NCBI GenBank assembly: GCA_042408215.1
Contig: JAYFMW010000006.1
Span: 1-64,000 of the forward strand
Reading direction: 5' to 3'
From: Microcoleus sp.
Lineage (GTDB): Bacteria > Cyanobacteriota > Cyanobacteriia > Cyanobacteriales > Microcoleaceae
Length of the DNA stretch: 64,000 bases
The position numbers were made by a program, and so were the translations under genes. This document shows positions 33,917-48,197 of the stretch, piece after piece (position 1 is the first letter of the stretch; every line of letters begins with the position of its first letter). The notes beneath the pieces were generated by a model, which saw only the letters and a program-made list of their open reading frames with translations, did not search any database and was not told the DNA's origin.

Positions 33917-35364
33917 AAGAAATACCCTGAAAACCCTGCGACTTTAGTCCAGGGATGAAAGGGCTTGGGAGACTTTAGTCTCCCATTTAGATATTTCTAA
34001 ATATAGTACAATTAATCAAAGGAGGTAAAACGGATGTATGCAGTGCAAAAAGACGTTTGGCATTTAACGGGACTCAATAAAACTATTGTTGAGCAAATCC
34101 TCAGATGGTCAAACAATCTGTTTAATGTCGGCACTTATGAAAGTCGGCAACGATACTTCAAGGACAAAGGCGCGATTAAATACCCAGACTTGTACAAAAT
34201 TGCCAAGACCAATGAGAATTACGGGTGGCTCTACTCGCAGGTAGCTCAACAATCCCTTAAATCTGTCGCTGAATCCTTTAGCTCTTTCCGAGCCTTAGAG
34301 AAGTTAGCCAAAAAAGGAGAACTTAATCAAAAACCGAGATTGCCCAAGTACAGAACCAAGGGAGCGATGTACCAAGTCTCCTATCCGGGACAAGCCTTAA
34401 AAATAGTCGGCAATCGGGTAAGACTACCTTTAGGAACCAAAGGAAAAGAACACTTTGGGACGGATGCCCTTTGGGTGACTTTACCGGAACGGCTGAAAGA
34501 TTGCCCAATTAAAGAACTTCGACTAATCCCTAGAAATGGCGAGGTTTGGGTTGAATTTGTCCACGAAAGTCTAACTGAGCAAGCCCCTAGTTGTAGTCTG
34601 GAAGTAACAGGGGTTTTGGGAATAGATCACGGTATCAACAACTGGTTAACCTGTGTTTCGAGTAATGGCAAGCCATTCATCATTGATGGTCAAAAGCTGA
34701 AGTCTTGGAACCAGTGGTTTAACAAAGAAAAAGCGCGAGTCCAATCGACTCACGCTCAACATAAGTTACCTAAAGGTTTCTCGTCAAAAAGGCTGCAACA
34801 GTTGTCAGAAAATCGCGCTAGAAGGATGAGAGATGCGGTTAACAAGGCAGTCAGAACCATGATAGAATATTGCGAAAATCACCAAGTCAATGTGATAGTT
34901 TGTGGCTGGAATAAAGGACAAAAAAAAGAAGTGAATATGGGAGGTAAAACCAATCAGAACTTTGTTCAGATACCCACAGCCAAAGTCAAAGATAGACTAC
35001 AACAAGAGTGCGACTTAAGGGGTTGGAGATTTGTAGAGCAAGATGAATCTTACACATCAAAATCCAGTTTCTTAGAGCGAGACTTTCTGCCAGTGAAAGT
35101 CGGTGAAAAACCCGACAATTGGCAACCATCAGGTAAAAGAATTAAACGAGGTTTGTATCGTTCGGCTCAGGGATTAACCCTGAATGCTGATGTGAACGGT
35201 GCGGCAAATATCATCCGAAAATCAATCATTTGCCACAGACTTAATAATCTCGCTGTGTGGGTAGCGGGTTGCTGACTAACCCTTTAAGAATTAAACTTTG
35301 GGCGGATTTATCCCCCAAAGTTTGTCCTTAAGAATCCCCGCGTCTTTAGACCGGGGAGTGTCAA
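33917..35364 (+). mobile_element. IS200/IS605-family tnpB-only element, copy 1
   Basis: TTAT|AAGAAATACCCTGAAAACCCTGCGACTTTAGTCCAGGG left end and AAGAATCCCCGCGTCTTTAGACCGGGGAGTGTCAA right end, both shared with copy 2. Confidence 0.9.
34034..35275 (+). CDS. tnpB: TnpB (rearranged RuvC-II type, no zinc ribbon)
   Basis: GIDHG, GWNKGQK, QDESYTSK, NADVNGAANI. Confidence 0.9.
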   Translation: MYAVQKDVWHLTGLNKTIVEQILRWSNNLFNVGTYESRQRYFKDKGAIKYPDLYKIAKTNENYGWLYSQVAQQSLKSVAESFSSFRALEKLAKKGELNQKPRLPKYRTKGAMYQVSYPGQALKIVGNRVRLPLGTKGKEHFGTDALWVTLPERLKDCPIKELRLIPRNGEVWVEFVHESLTEQAPSCSLEVTGVLGIDHGINNWLTCVSSNGKPFIIDGQKLKSWNQWFNKEKARVQSTHAQHKLPKGFSSKRLQQLSENRARRMRDAVNKAVRTMIEYCENHQVNVIVCGWNKGQKKEVNMGGKTNQNFVQIPTAKVKDRLQQECDLRGWRFVEQDESYTSKSSFLERDFLPVKVGEKPDNWQPSGKRIKRGLYRSAQGLTLNADVNGAANIIRKSIICHRLNNLAVWVAGC

Positions 35365-35930
35365 TTCTGTGTTTGAGAGGAGGCTCTGCCTCCGCATCTG
35401 CATCCCCAGCCGTGTAGGGTGCGTCGCCATCTATAATCTGCAAGTTTTATCCAAGATCTCGTAGCGACGCACCCTACCAAACACCTGCTGTATTTCATGA
35501 ACCTGGAATCGACTTTACCCATGAACCGTTCCCCGACAAATTTTTGCACGAGGTTCCGTCCTTAGCTTTTGGCAATGTAAAAGTTAAAATTACAGGCGAT
35601 CGAATCGGCAATGGCGATCGCGATTAAACCCTGGGTGAGCCCAAACAATCCACCTGCTAGAATTGCATAAGCAGTACCCGGTATGGCAGGAATCACAATA
35701 CTTACCAATAAAATCCTTCCATTTCATCCAATTGATAAAAATTCCGGGGTAAATTTTTAATATTCATCGATCGAGTATGATTCTGAAGATTTTAGATTTT
35801 GGATTAAAGAATTGAAAAATTCACCCCACGGATGAATCCGGGGGCTTATTAATAACCATTTGTTTTCGGTCAATTCTTGTCTGTAGGTGAAGCAACCTGA
35901 TGTTAATGTAGACATAAGAAGTTTGAAATG

Positions 35931-36521
35931 TCACAGACGCGAAGTTAAAACAATGTATTGAGGGCGAGTGCGATCGATAATTCCCTCTTCCTCCAACCGA
36001 CACATCAGCCTCGTTACCGTAATCCGCGTAATTCCCATCGCCTCAGAAATCTCCTGGTGAGTCAATCTCAGATCGATCAACAGTCCTTGTGCCACCTCGC
36101 GGCCAAATTTTTGTCCCAACCAAGCTAATAGTTGCACCAATCTATCCCGCAGAGATTCGCTGCGAACAATGCAGAAAAATGCTTGAGTTTCCTGAATGTG
36201 TCTGAAAATGTCATCTAAGGATTGATAGCACAAATTTTGAGGAATATAACTAACTTCTACATGAGTTTTGCACTCAATTTGATAAGGTTGAACACCTGAC
36301 AACGACTGACTGAGTACGTCCCCAATTCCCCAATATCCCAGCGTCATTGCTGTTCCCTGTTCGCTCCAAGTCACGGATCGGACGACCCCCCGTTCAATTC
36401 GCAGTAAGCCGTTAAAGGGCATGGTCACTAACTGACGGCAGGTGAAAGTCTGCTGTCTCAAATTGGGGTACAAGGCTGGAGTGTAGGTTGAAAAAGCCAT
36501 AGTATTTAGGTTGAGCGCCAC
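35931..36521 (-). CDS. Crp/Fnr-family transcriptional regulator
   Basis: IERGVVRS, LGYWG.GD, LTHQEISEAMGITRITVTRL HTH. Start may be 36500. Confidence 0.9.
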   Translation of the reverse strand: MALNLNTMAFSTYTPALYPNLRQQTFTCRQLVTMPFNGLLRIERGVVRSVTWSEQGTAMTLGYWGIGDVLSQSLSGVQPYQIECKTHVEVSYIPQNLCYQSLDDIFRHIQETQAFFCIVRSESLRDRLVQLLAWLGQKFGREVAQGLLIDLRLTHQEISEAMGITRITVTRLMCRLEEEGIIDRTRPQYIVLTSRL

Positions 36522-36779
36522 CGCTACTTTGGATGATGATGTACAGTTTAAGCTAGTTGATAATTTATGTCAACTAGCTTAAGAATAAATTCCAATTCGG
36601 GACTGCTGAGGTTAAAATTCTTTGCCTGTAATGTCAGAGAGGTTTCGGAACTTCACAATATCTGTGTCTGGGCTGTAGAGACTTATTGACAATACTTAGC
36701 TGTAATTGACACTCAAATGCAGTCGCCCGATCGCCTCTCTCCCGCCCTCCCCCACTACTGCGCCTTTGCGGTTTCTTCA

Positions 36780-37748
36780 TCAAGGCTTAAAAGGAGTATA
36801 TTTACCACCTAAACCTTCTACAATAGTTCGGGTATTAGCAACCAACATTTTCTGATAAGTATCAGCCTCACTTCCCGGTTCTCCCAAACCATCGGCAAAT
36901 AATTCTCGCGGCGAAATTTTCACCTTAGCTTCCCTTGCCACGGCCTCAATTAATTTAGGATTAATCGTAGATTCGGCAAAAATTGTCGGCACTCCAGAAG
37001 CCTTAATTTCTCTAACTAATTGAGCCACCCGCGTTGGTGTTGGCGCTTCATCGGTACTAATACCTTCTAATGCTCCTACTACTGGAATTCCGTAAGCTTT
37101 AGAGTAGTAACCTAAAGCATCATGAGTCGTGACAAGCTTGCGATTATTGGCAGGAATTGTGGTAATTTCTGATTTAATCCATGTATCTAGTTTTGTCAAA
37201 CTTGAGGTCATTTCTTGAGTTTTTGCATTATAAACAGGTGCTTGGTTTGGCAAAACTTTACCGAGTTGAGTGTTAATAACTTTTGCCATAGCCATGCCAT
37301 TTTTAGCATCGTGCCAAATGTGCGGATCTGGAACTTTTTTGCCGTCTTCTTCAATCTCTAGTGCTTTGGGTACTGCTGCTTCACCGACAGCAATTTTCGC
37401 TGATTTATTGGAACTGGCTTTAATTAATCGAATTAAACTTGGTTCAAAATCATAGCCGCTGTATAAAATCAATTTTGCTTGCTCAATTGCTTTGCGATCG
37501 TCTGGTTTTGGGGTGTAAACGTGGGGGTCTGAACCTGCATCTACCAAGCATTTGAGGTCAATCGTATTGCCAGCTATTTCCTTTGCTAAACCGCAAATAA
37601 CTGTAGACGTTGCTACGACTTGCGGACGACTTTGGGCGACAATCTGATTTGTATTTGTCTGTGAAAAAGTTGACCCCGCGCTACTCGATCCAGCAGCCAT
37701 CATCAAGCTAAACACAGCAAGGCTTTTGAGGTTGAATTTTTGTAACAT
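36780..37748 (-). CDS. Zn/Mn ABC transporter substrate-binding protein (ZnuA/MntC family)
   Basis: DPHVY, DPHIW, THDALGYY, TIFAES, ADGLG. Confidence 0.92.
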   Translation of the reverse strand: MLQKFNLKSLAVFSLMMAAGSSSAGSTFSQTNTNQIVAQSRPQVVATSTVICGLAKEIAGNTIDLKCLVDAGSDPHVYTPKPDDRKAIEQAKLILYSGYDFEPSLIRLIKASSNKSAKIAVGEAAVPKALEIEEDGKKVPDPHIWHDAKNGMAMAKVINTQLGKVLPNQAPVYNAKTQEMTSSLTKLDTWIKSEITTIPANNRKLVTTHDALGYYSKAYGIPVVGALEGISTDEAPTPTRVAQLVREIKASGVPTIFAESTINPKLIEAVAREAKVKISPRELFADGLGEPGSEADTYQKMLVANTRTIVEGLGGKYTPFKP

Positions 37749-37770
37749 TTTCTGTTTCTCCTTTGTGTTA

Positions 37771-37791
37771 TGATAATGATAATCGTTATTT
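37771..37791. promoter_or_regulatory. Overlapping Zur-like boxes in the divergent promoter
   Basis: TGATAATGATAATCGTTATTT versus consensus TGATAATNATTATCA. Confidence 0.7.
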
Positions 37792-37804
37792 TTCAAGATT
37801 TACT

Positions 37805-38533
37805 ATGTTAGAGGTTCGACATCTCGCTGTCAACTACCGAGGCGTTACCGCTGTTGAGGATGTCAGCTTCAGCTTGGAACCTGGGCAAATCGTGGGGGTA
37901 ATAGGGCCTAACGGCGCGGGGAAAAGTACGATGGTGAAGGCGATTTTAGGGCTAATTCCGACGGAAAATGGGGTTGTGAGATATCGCGATCGCGCACTTT
38001 CTAAGCAGCTAGGACAGGTGGCTTATGTGCCCCAGCGATCGCAGATAGACTGGGATTATCCGATTTCTGTTCAAAATGTAGTAATGATGGCCCGGACTCG
38101 CCATAGGAGTTGGTGGCGATCGCCTTCACGTCAATCCAGAGAAATTGTCAAAGCCGCCTTAGAAAGAGTCGGAATTTGGGAATTAAGAAACCGCCAAATT
38201 GGGGAGTTGTCAGGGGGACAACAACAGCGAGTATTTTTAGCTCAATCATTAGCGCAAGAAGCTGAGTTATTTTTCTTTGATGAGCCTTTTTCGGGAGTTG
38301 ACAAAAAGACAGAAGCTATACTATTTGAAGTTTTTGACGAACTGAAAGCTGAAGGTAAAATCTTGCTAGTAATTGGTCATGAATTGGGAGAAGCTTCGAG
38401 GAAGTACGACCGATTTTTATTGATAAATAAACAACTAATTGCTGATGGAAACAAGTCAGAAGTAATTACCGCTGACAATATTCAGCGGGCCTATGGCGAT
38501 TGTGTAATATTGGTGCAACGGGAGATTGACTAA
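37805..38533 (+). CDS. Zn/Mn ABC transporter ATPase
   Basis: GPNGAGKST, AYVPQ, LSGGQQQRVFLA. Confidence 0.92.
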   Translation: MLEVRHLAVNYRGVTAVEDVSFSLEPGQIVGVIGPNGAGKSTMVKAILGLIPTENGVVRYRDRALSKQLGQVAYVPQRSQIDWDYPISVQNVVMMARTRHRSWWRSPSRQSREIVKAALERVGIWELRNRQIGELSGGQQQRVFLAQSLAQEAELFFFDEPFSGVDKKTEAILFEVFDELKAEGKILLVIGHELGEASRKYDRFLLINKQLIADGNKSEVITADNIQRAYGDCVILVQREID

Positions 38534-39414
38534 TGTTAAATTTACTCAGAGAACCCCTAGAATTTGAGTTCATGCGGAATGCGATCGCGATCGCTGTCAT
38601 GCTCGGTATTCTCTGTTCCGTAGTTGGCTCTTATTTGATCGTGCAACGCATGGGATTATTGGGAGACGTGATTGCTCATGCAGTATTGCCGGGATTGGCG
38701 ATCGCCTTTTATGTAGGCATTGATATTTTTATAGGAGCATTTATTTCCGGGACATTCAGCACCTTAATCATTGCTTGGATTCAATCACAGTCCCGCGTCA
38801 AAGTCGATGTCGCAATGGCGCTAGTTTTCTCAGGCTTTTTAGCATTAGGAATCATGCTAATTACCCTACTAAAAAGCAAACTTGATTTAAATCATTTCTT
38901 GTTTGGAGATATCTTAGGAGTGACAGTTGATGATGTGTGGCGAACTTTAGGAATTTCCATATTTGTCCTAATTTTTGTCAAAATATTTTATAAAGAACTG
39001 CTATTTTACACATTTAATCCCCTCGGCGCACAAGCAATAGGATTGCCAGTAAATTTAATTCACGTCGGGTTAATTTCAGCAATCACCCTGACGATTATTG
39101 CCAGTATGCAAGCAGTAGGCGTTTTGCTAGTGGTTTCGCTGCTGATTGGGCCGAGTATCACTGCCTATTTATTAGTTAAAGAATTGCACCAAATGATGGG
39201 CTTGGGAGCAATTGTGGGTATGATTAGCAGTGTGTCTGGGATGTATATCAGTTATTACTTAAATGTGCCTTCTGGTGCAGCAATTGTGTTAGTTGTGACT
39301 GGGTTATTTGTAGTAGCATTACTCTTTAGTCCGTCTCAGGGAATTTTGACTCGGCCGTCCATGTCGAGTCGTAGAAGTACGATTTTGCAGCAGTTGAAGC
39401 AACTGGGGCGCTAA
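38533..39414 (+). CDS. Zn/Mn ABC transporter permease
   Basis: GDVIAHAVLPG, HFLFGDILG, GAAIVL. Confidence 0.92.
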   Translation: MLNLLREPLEFEFMRNAIAIAVMLGILCSVVGSYLIVQRMGLLGDVIAHAVLPGLAIAFYVGIDIFIGAFISGTFSTLIIAWIQSQSRVKVDVAMALVFSGFLALGIMLITLLKSKLDLNHFLFGDILGVTVDDVWRTLGISIFVLIFVKIFYKELLFYTFNPLGAQAIGLPVNLIHVGLISAITLTIIASMQAVGVLLVVSLLIGPSITAYLLVKELHQMMGLGAIVGMISSVSGMYISYYLNVPSGAAIVLVVTGLFVVALLFSPSQGILTRPSMSSRRSTILQQLKQLGR

Positions 39415-39708
39415 GATTATAGTCTTGGATGCACGGGGAGGGCTGTTTAATTCTCAAGTAAATCATCGTTTTGTAGGGGCGGTGCCCCCGTGCCCGCCCT
39501 CCGCGATTTTGTAGGTGTTTCAGAGATTGGGGCAGCCACGGGGGGCGGCCCCTACAAAAGAATGAAACAGTCTTGGATGCACGGGGGCTTAGAAACCGGG
39601 TTTTTTACGAAAATACTGGTTGTAACTCGCAGATTCGGTAAAAAACCCGGTTTCTCTGTCGGAGTGCGGCGAAAACTGAACTATCCGCCCTTAAAAAAAT
39701 TCCCTTAT

Positions 39709-42419
<2,711 letters not shown>

Positions 42420-42620
42420 CTATGCCCTATGCCCTATGCCCTATGCCCTATGCCCTATGCCCTATGCCCATGAGTACCTCATCTTTCTAAGAAGTGCTGT
42501 ATATGTGGTATTATAAAACTTTATTAAGTTTGTAAGCAGTAGTAAGCAATGGTAGTATCATATAGTCAGAATAGTCAACAAGCGAGAATTATAGCGAGCG
42601 TTAAAAAATGGAGATGCTGA

Positions 42621-43943
42621 ATGCAACTAGCAGAGAGACACATCATTAAATCCACAGAACATCGTTTTGTTGAAATAGACGGATTAGCCTTTAAATCCAA
42701 AAATCTCTACAATGCCGCTAACTACGTGATTCGTCAGAGTTTTGTCTATGGATGGGGTTATATAAATTACAACAAAATGAATCGTTTGATGAAATCTCAT
42801 CCAGCATACAAGGAATTACCAGCCAAGGTAAGTCAACAAATATTAATGATATTAGACAAGAATTGGAAGTCTTTTTTTGAAGCAGTCAAGGCTTACAAAA
42901 TAGACTCCACTAGATTCACAGGCCGCCCGAAGTTACCGAAGTATAAAGATAAAGTCAAGGGTCGGAATATTCTCGTCTATACAATTCAGGCGATTAGTAG
43001 CAAGGAACTAAAGAAAGGAATTATCAAGCTGTCGGGTACTAATATTTTAATTAAAACCCAAATCAAACCAGAGCGAATTTGTCAAATTAGATTGGTGCCA
43101 AAATGCGATTCCTACATAATTGAGGTGATTTACAATGCCTGTACTGAGCCGGAGTCCACCCTTGAGCTTGATGAAAACCCCAAAGCATTAGTAGCTAGTA
43201 TCGACTTAGGGCTGAATAATTTAGTGGCGTTAACTTCAAATCAGCCGGGATTTGTCCCTTTACTGATTAACGGGCGACCACTGAAATCGATTAATCAATT
43301 CTACAACAAGCGTAAGGCACGACTACAATCTCAGTTAAAAGGTCTGCGTAAAACTTCATCACGGATTCAGCGTTTAACCCGTTGCCGCCATCAAAAAGTC
43401 GATAATTACTTGCACTCTGCTAGTCGGTATATCATCAATGTTCTCGGCTCACAAAATATCGGGACGCTAGTAATTGGCAAAAATGCACAATGGAAAAACG
43501 AGCTTGATTTAGGAAGAAAAACTAATCAAAACTTTGTAAGCATTCCTCATGCTCGACTAATTGAAATGTTGAAGTACAAAGCTGAATTGATGGGAATAAA
43601 GGTAATAGAACAAGAAGAATCCTATACTTCCCAATCGAACTTCCTGAATTTAGATCCAATTCCTGTGTACGGGAATATTGGAACCTTCGATGTCACATTT
43701 AGTGGTCAGCGAATTAAGAGAGGATTGTATAGAACATCATCGGGTCGATTGATTAACGCTGATGTTAACGGGTCTTATAATATTTTGAGAAAAGCAATCC
43801 CAAATGCGTTCAGCAATGGGATAGGGAGCTGTGTAGTTCAGCCGAGGCGGGTCAATCCGCTCGAAGTAAAAGCGAAGGGGGAGGGACTCCATGCCTCCCA
43901 TGGCACTGTCATAAATGCCTATACTTTTACCAGCTATACATAA
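42621..43943 (+). CDS. tnpB: TnpB (rearranged RuvC-II, probably IS607-derived)
   Basis: SIDLG, VIGKN..WK, QEESYTS, NADVNGSYNI; upstream segment GGTATTATAAAACTTT... shared with 27767. Confidence 0.9.
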   Translation: MQLAERHIIKSTEHRFVEIDGLAFKSKNLYNAANYVIRQSFVYGWGYINYNKMNRLMKSHPAYKELPAKVSQQILMILDKNWKSFFEAVKAYKIDSTRFTGRPKLPKYKDKVKGRNILVYTIQAISSKELKKGIIKLSGTNILIKTQIKPERICQIRLVPKCDSYIIEVIYNACTEPESTLELDENPKALVASIDLGLNNLVALTSNQPGFVPLLINGRPLKSINQFYNKRKARLQSQLKGLRKTSSRIQRLTRCRHQKVDNYLHSASRYIINVLGSQNIGTLVIGKNAQWKNELDLGRKTNQNFVSIPHARLIEMLKYKAELMGIKVIEQEESYTSQSNFLNLDPIPVYGNIGTFDVTFSGQRIKRGLYRTSSGRLINADVNGSYNILRKAIPNAFSNGIGSCVVQPRRVNPLEVKAKGEGLHASHGTVINAYTFTSYT

Positions 43944-44098
43944 TCTGATGGCAAGTAAGGTGCGTCGCCCTGAGTCAATCTGCAAGTTATATCCAAGATA
44001 TCGTAGCGACGCACCCTACATATCAACTCAAGAAAGAGAATTTATCCGTGGAATCAATCCAAAATCCAAAATCTAAAATCTCAAATCGAATGACAGAA

Positions 44099-45329
44099 TC
44101 AACCAGCAATTTTAGCAGATGAAACCCTAGCCCTAGACTTAATTAAAGCTGGCACAATGCGAGAACTTGCCATTCTTGCACCGGAAAGATTTCGACCTAC
44201 AGGCCCTACTTGCAAAGCGGCTAAACCACCCATAATAAATAACTCGCATCCGGGCCAACGCAAATACTTGTCCAAAACAGGCAATCCTTTAACTATTTTA
44301 GTTGGATAAGCTGCTAAGACTTCTGTCAGCAATGGTTCGGCTGTTACATCTAATTTTGTTCCCGTTGCTAACCAAATTCTATCAACGAGATAGCTGATTT
44401 CCATCCTGACAGTAAACAGTCCATTGATTGTCATCCCATTTAACTTCAACAATTTGGCATTTTGGATGAAATTCGATTCTCAAATCCCGCGACATTCGAC
44501 GTAATTGTATCATTATTTCAGGAGTCATAGAGCCACCATTGCGAGCTTGTTGAATCATCTCCCATTTTTTTTCCCAGTCGGGTTCATTTTCAAAACCTTT
44601 GAGATATTTTGGCCCTAACCAACCCGGTTCGGCATCAAATAATTTTTCTTGCAACTGTCGTCTTGACATTAATATTACTTGGGCACCCCGCCCGATCGCA
44701 CCTACTGCTAAATGTCCGCTAGTTAAACCGCCCCCAACGATTAAAATCCTTTCCCCCTGCAACTTTAATCCCCGCAAATCAACTTGATGGGAATGGCAAA
44801 GTTTGTCTGGCGGATAGGGCGTTTGAATTTGATTTGTCCACTCCGGTAGTTGGGGCTTACCGCCGCCTGTGGCGATCGCCACACGACGCGCGATCGCACT
44901 TTCTCCATCCTCAAACCAAAGCCGAAAACTTCCTTGCAATGGTTCAATCCGAGTTATTTTTGCCTTGATGACGCGATCGCCCAATTCCCATCTCTTAACC
45001 ACATCGCCACAAAATTCCTCAAACAGCCCACTTCCCGGCAAATCGTAGGGCGCAAACAACTCGTTAGGGCGAGATTCGGCAAACCGTCGCAACTCAAAAG
45101 GATTGGGATCGGGATGGTGAACCGCAGGCGATCGCAAGTGTGGAATTTCCAAAGCCGCAAACTGCCTCTCCCACTGAGTTAGCCAGCCACCACTGGGGTC
45201 AAAAACCCAAAATTTGCCCCGCTTCTTCTGGCATTTTTGCAGCAAATGAGTAACCAGAGTTAAAGCGTGAGGCCCCGCCCCGACTACCGCTAAATCGATT
45301 TGCGATGGCGTAACACTGGTGATTTCCAT
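44099..45329 (-). pseudogene. FAD/NAD(P)-binding oxidoreductase split by a frameshift near 44395
   Basis: GAGPHAL, HLRSP, GGGLTSGH; continues in another frame as YLVDRIWLATG...GPVGRNLSGAR. Could be a sequencing error. Confidence 0.75.
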
Positions 45330-45351
45330 AGAAAATTCTAGTCGATCGTAA

Positions 45352-45366
45352 CAATAATGATTATCA
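45352..45366. promoter_or_regulatory. Zur-like box
   Basis: CAATAATGATTATCA. Confidence 0.7.
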
Positions 45367-45434
45367 TTATAGTGCGATTCGATCGCGATCGCCTACAGTT
45401 CTCAGCTCTTCAATACGCTGCTAAAAGCAGTCAG

Positions 45435-45788
45435 CTAGAGCATGAAGATCGGCAGGGAAACGGAATTGAAAAAACAACTCCTCACGCCTGTGTGACAAGC
45501 TATTTCACCAATCTGTTCTATTTTGAGCAGAATAGTATCGGCGTCGCAATCGTAAAATATTTGTTTGACTTTTTGGATGTGCCCGGATGTCGCGCCTTTG
45601 TGCCAAAATTCAGAGCGCGATCGGCTCCAATAGTGTGCTTCTCCTGTAGCTAGAGTCTGCTCGATCGACTCTTTGTTCATCCACGCCATCATTAAAATGG
45701 TACCATCTCGATCGTCCTGGGCGATCGCCGGAATCAAACCTCGATCGTTAAATTTTAAAGCTTCAATCCATAAATATTTTTGATCCAT
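45435..45788 (-). CDS. hisI: Phosphoribosyl-AMP cyclohydrolase
   Basis: [36 protein letters not shown]. Confidence 0.93.
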   Translation of the reverse strand: MDQKYLWIEALKFNDRGLIPAIAQDDRDGTILMMAWMNKESIEQTLATGEAHYWSRSRSEFWHKGATSGHIQKVKQIFYDCDADTILLKIEQIGEIACHTGVRSCFFNSVSLPIFML

Positions 45789-45975
45789 ATTCAGTTTACA
45801 GGAGTTGTATTTTCTCAAGTAAGATTTTTTACCGCAGAGGGCGCAGAGGGCGCAGAGGGAGGAAAGGGAAAGAAAAGAGAGACAAAAAGATGGCTATCAA
45901 ATATGACTCTCTTTTCTTCTGTCCCTCTGCTGGGACGAAAGTTGGTATATCAGCGAATAAAATTCGCTGATGATT

Positions 45976-46626
45976 CTAGTGAAAACTTGATTTGTGCGCG
46001 ATTAAACTCATGAATTCTTGACGAGTTCTAGAATCTTCAGCGAACACACCACGCATTGCTGAAGTCGCAGTCCAAGAACCTGGTTTTTGCACACCGCGCA
46101 TTACCATACACATATGAGTTGCTTCGATTACAACTGCTACACCTTGAGGTTTTAGCAATCCTTGAAGTGCATCCGCAATTTGTGCAGTTAAGCGTTCTTG
46201 TACTTGCAATCTGCGGCCGTACATTTCACAAATTCGAGCAATTTTTGACAAGCCAATTACTTTCCCGTTGGGGATGTAAGCAACGTGGGCGCGACCAATA
46301 ATTGGCAGGATGTGATGTTCGCAAGAACTGAAAATATCAATGTCCCGCACTAACACCATTTCGTTAGCATTTTCTGTGAATACTGCTCCGTTGAGCAGTT
46401 CGTCGAGAGATTGACGATAACCTCCAGTTAGAAACTGCAAGGCTTTGACAACTCGTTTCGGTGTATCTCGCAACCCTTCACGGTCTGGGTCTTCTCCCAA
46501 TCCTAGCAGCAATGTACGCACTGCTTGCCTCATTTCTTCATCTGATACAGGGGGGTGAGATTGCGTAGGAATCGATGACACTACACCATTTGGAGAAGTC
46601 AGTTCTGGGCGAGTAGATAAAGTCAT
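45976..46626 (-). CDS. folE: GTP cyclohydrolase I
   Basis: [36 protein letters not shown]. Confidence 0.96.
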   Translation of the reverse strand: MTLSTRPELTSPNGVVSSIPTQSHPPVSDEEMRQAVRTLLLGLGEDPDREGLRDTPKRVVKALQFLTGGYRQSLDELLNGAVFTENANEMVLVRDIDIFSSCEHHILPIIGRAHVAYIPNGKVIGLSKIARICEMYGRRLQVQERLTAQIADALQGLLKPQGVAVVIEATHMCMVMRGVQKPGSWTATSAMRGVFAEDSRTRQEFMSLIAHKSSFH

Positions 46627-46869
46627 GCTTGCAGTTTGTGAAAATGTTTAACAGTGGCTATGGACTTTTATTTGCCATTTGATTATAACAAGATTTACAA
46701 AATAAAACATTAAAATAGTTTAGTTTTTTTTAAAAGATTTGATACCTAAAAATATGAAATTAACCGTTGGCAGTTACACTGTTTTTGCTGTCAAAAAGTG
46801 CAACTACTAACGGCGTAATTAAATCTAAAATATTTTAGCTATGAACGTGATACTGAGATTGACGCAATC

Positions 46870-47928
46870 TTAAACTAAACAATTGTTAAGTTGTTCTCGA
46901 ATTTGAGCGGTATCTAAGTTACGACCGATGACTACGAGTTGATTTTTAGGTGAAGTCAACCATTCGTAAGCATTTAGTTCATAGCGCGCGCCGCTGAGTT
47001 GAAAAATGTGTCTCATCGGACTGTCTTCAAACCAGAGAATGCCTTTTGCTCGAAATACATCGCAGGGCATTTCTTCGGTGAGAAATTCTTGGAATTTGTG
47101 GAGATCGAAAGGTCGATCGCTCTGAAATGATAGCGAAACAAATCCGTCATTATCTAAGTGATTGGAGTGATGTCCGTGATGATGTTCGTGTTCGTGATGC
47201 TCGTGATGGTGATGTTCGTGATGATGCTCGTGATGGTGATGTTCGTGTTTTTCCTCAGTTTCAAAACTATCGAAAAGATCGGCTTGCGTCAAACCCACAC
47301 CCAAAATTAAGGGTAAAGGAACTTCACCATGTTGAGAGTATAAAATTCTCGCTCCTTCCTTGACTGTGCGAATGTAAGCTTCTAATTCTTCTACTTTTTC
47401 TGAAGGAGCTAAATCAGTTTTGTTCAGCAGCACAATATCTGCGAATGCTACTTGTTTTAAAGCTGCTTCGCTGTCAAAATGATCGGTGGTGAATGTTTCG
47501 CTATCGACTACAGTGAGTACAGAATCTAGACTGGTTAAATCCCGCAATTCTGTGCCGAGAAATGTCAATATAATCGGCAGTGGATCGGCAACTCCCGTGG
47601 TTTCAATCACCATGCAGTCGATGCGGTCTTCCCGTTCTAAAACTCGGTATACTGCATCAACTAAGCCTTCGTTGATGGTACAACAAATACAGCCGTTGCT
47701 CAGCTCTACCATATCATCTTCGGTAGAAATTAAAAGCTGTGAATCGATGTTAATATCGCCAAATTCGTTAACTAAAACTGCTACTTTTAAATCTTGACGA
47801 TTTTTGAGGATTTGATTGAGTAAAGTCGTTTTTCCGCTGCCGAGAAAGCCGGTAATTATAGTTACTGGCATTCCTCTCTTGGGAAAATCGGAAACTAAAT
47901 CTGGGGTTTGTACAGTGAGATTAGTCAT
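46870..47928 (-). CDS. COG0523 (CobW-like) GTPase metallochaperone with His-rich insert
   Basis: TGFLGSGKTT, NEFG, GCICC, IETTG, NKTD, poly-His/Glu tract. Confidence 0.93.
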   Translation of the reverse strand: MTNLTVQTPDLVSDFPKRGMPVTIITGFLGSGKTTLLNQILKNRQDLKVAVLVNEFGDINIDSQLLISTEDDMVELSNGCICCTINEGLVDAVYRVLEREDRIDCMVIETTGVADPLPIILTFLGTELRDLTSLDSVLTVVDSETFTTDHFDSEAALKQVAFADIVLLNKTDLAPSEKVEELEAYIRTVKEGARILYSQHGEVPLPLILGVGLTQADLFDSFETEEKHEHHHHEHHHEHHHHEHHEHEHHHGHHSNHLDNDGFVSLSFQSDRPFDLHKFQEFLTEEMPCDVFRAKGILWFEDSPMRHIFQLSGARYELNAYEWLTSPKNQLVVIGRNLDTAQIREQLNNCLV

Positions 47929-48077
47929 TGTCCCTCGTTGATTAATTGTAGAAGCCCTGCTGTTAATTTGGAACGCCGCTAAGCATCCCAAGGCATTTTC
48001 CGTTAGCGCAGCCCTCGAAGAGGAGCGCACTTCATAGCTGAAACACAGGTAATACGGGCGATCGCACTCGGTTTGGA

Positions 48078-48092
48078 TGATAATCATTCTCA
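48078..48092. promoter_or_regulatory. Zur-like box
   Basis: TGATAATCATTCTCA. Confidence 0.75.
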
Positions 48093-48197
48093 TAATATCC
48101 TAAGATGTGCTTTAAGCGCAAGCCCTAGAATTATTGCTCAGCTAGCTGATGACTCATAAACTCTTCACTGTCATCCCTTTTCCAGACAAATCCCATG

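Noticed and set aside
35820..35850. IS605-like hairpin CACCCCACGGATGAATCCGGGGGCTT
   Set aside because: Solo palindrome with no associated ORF or second end; treated as a dispersed repeat.
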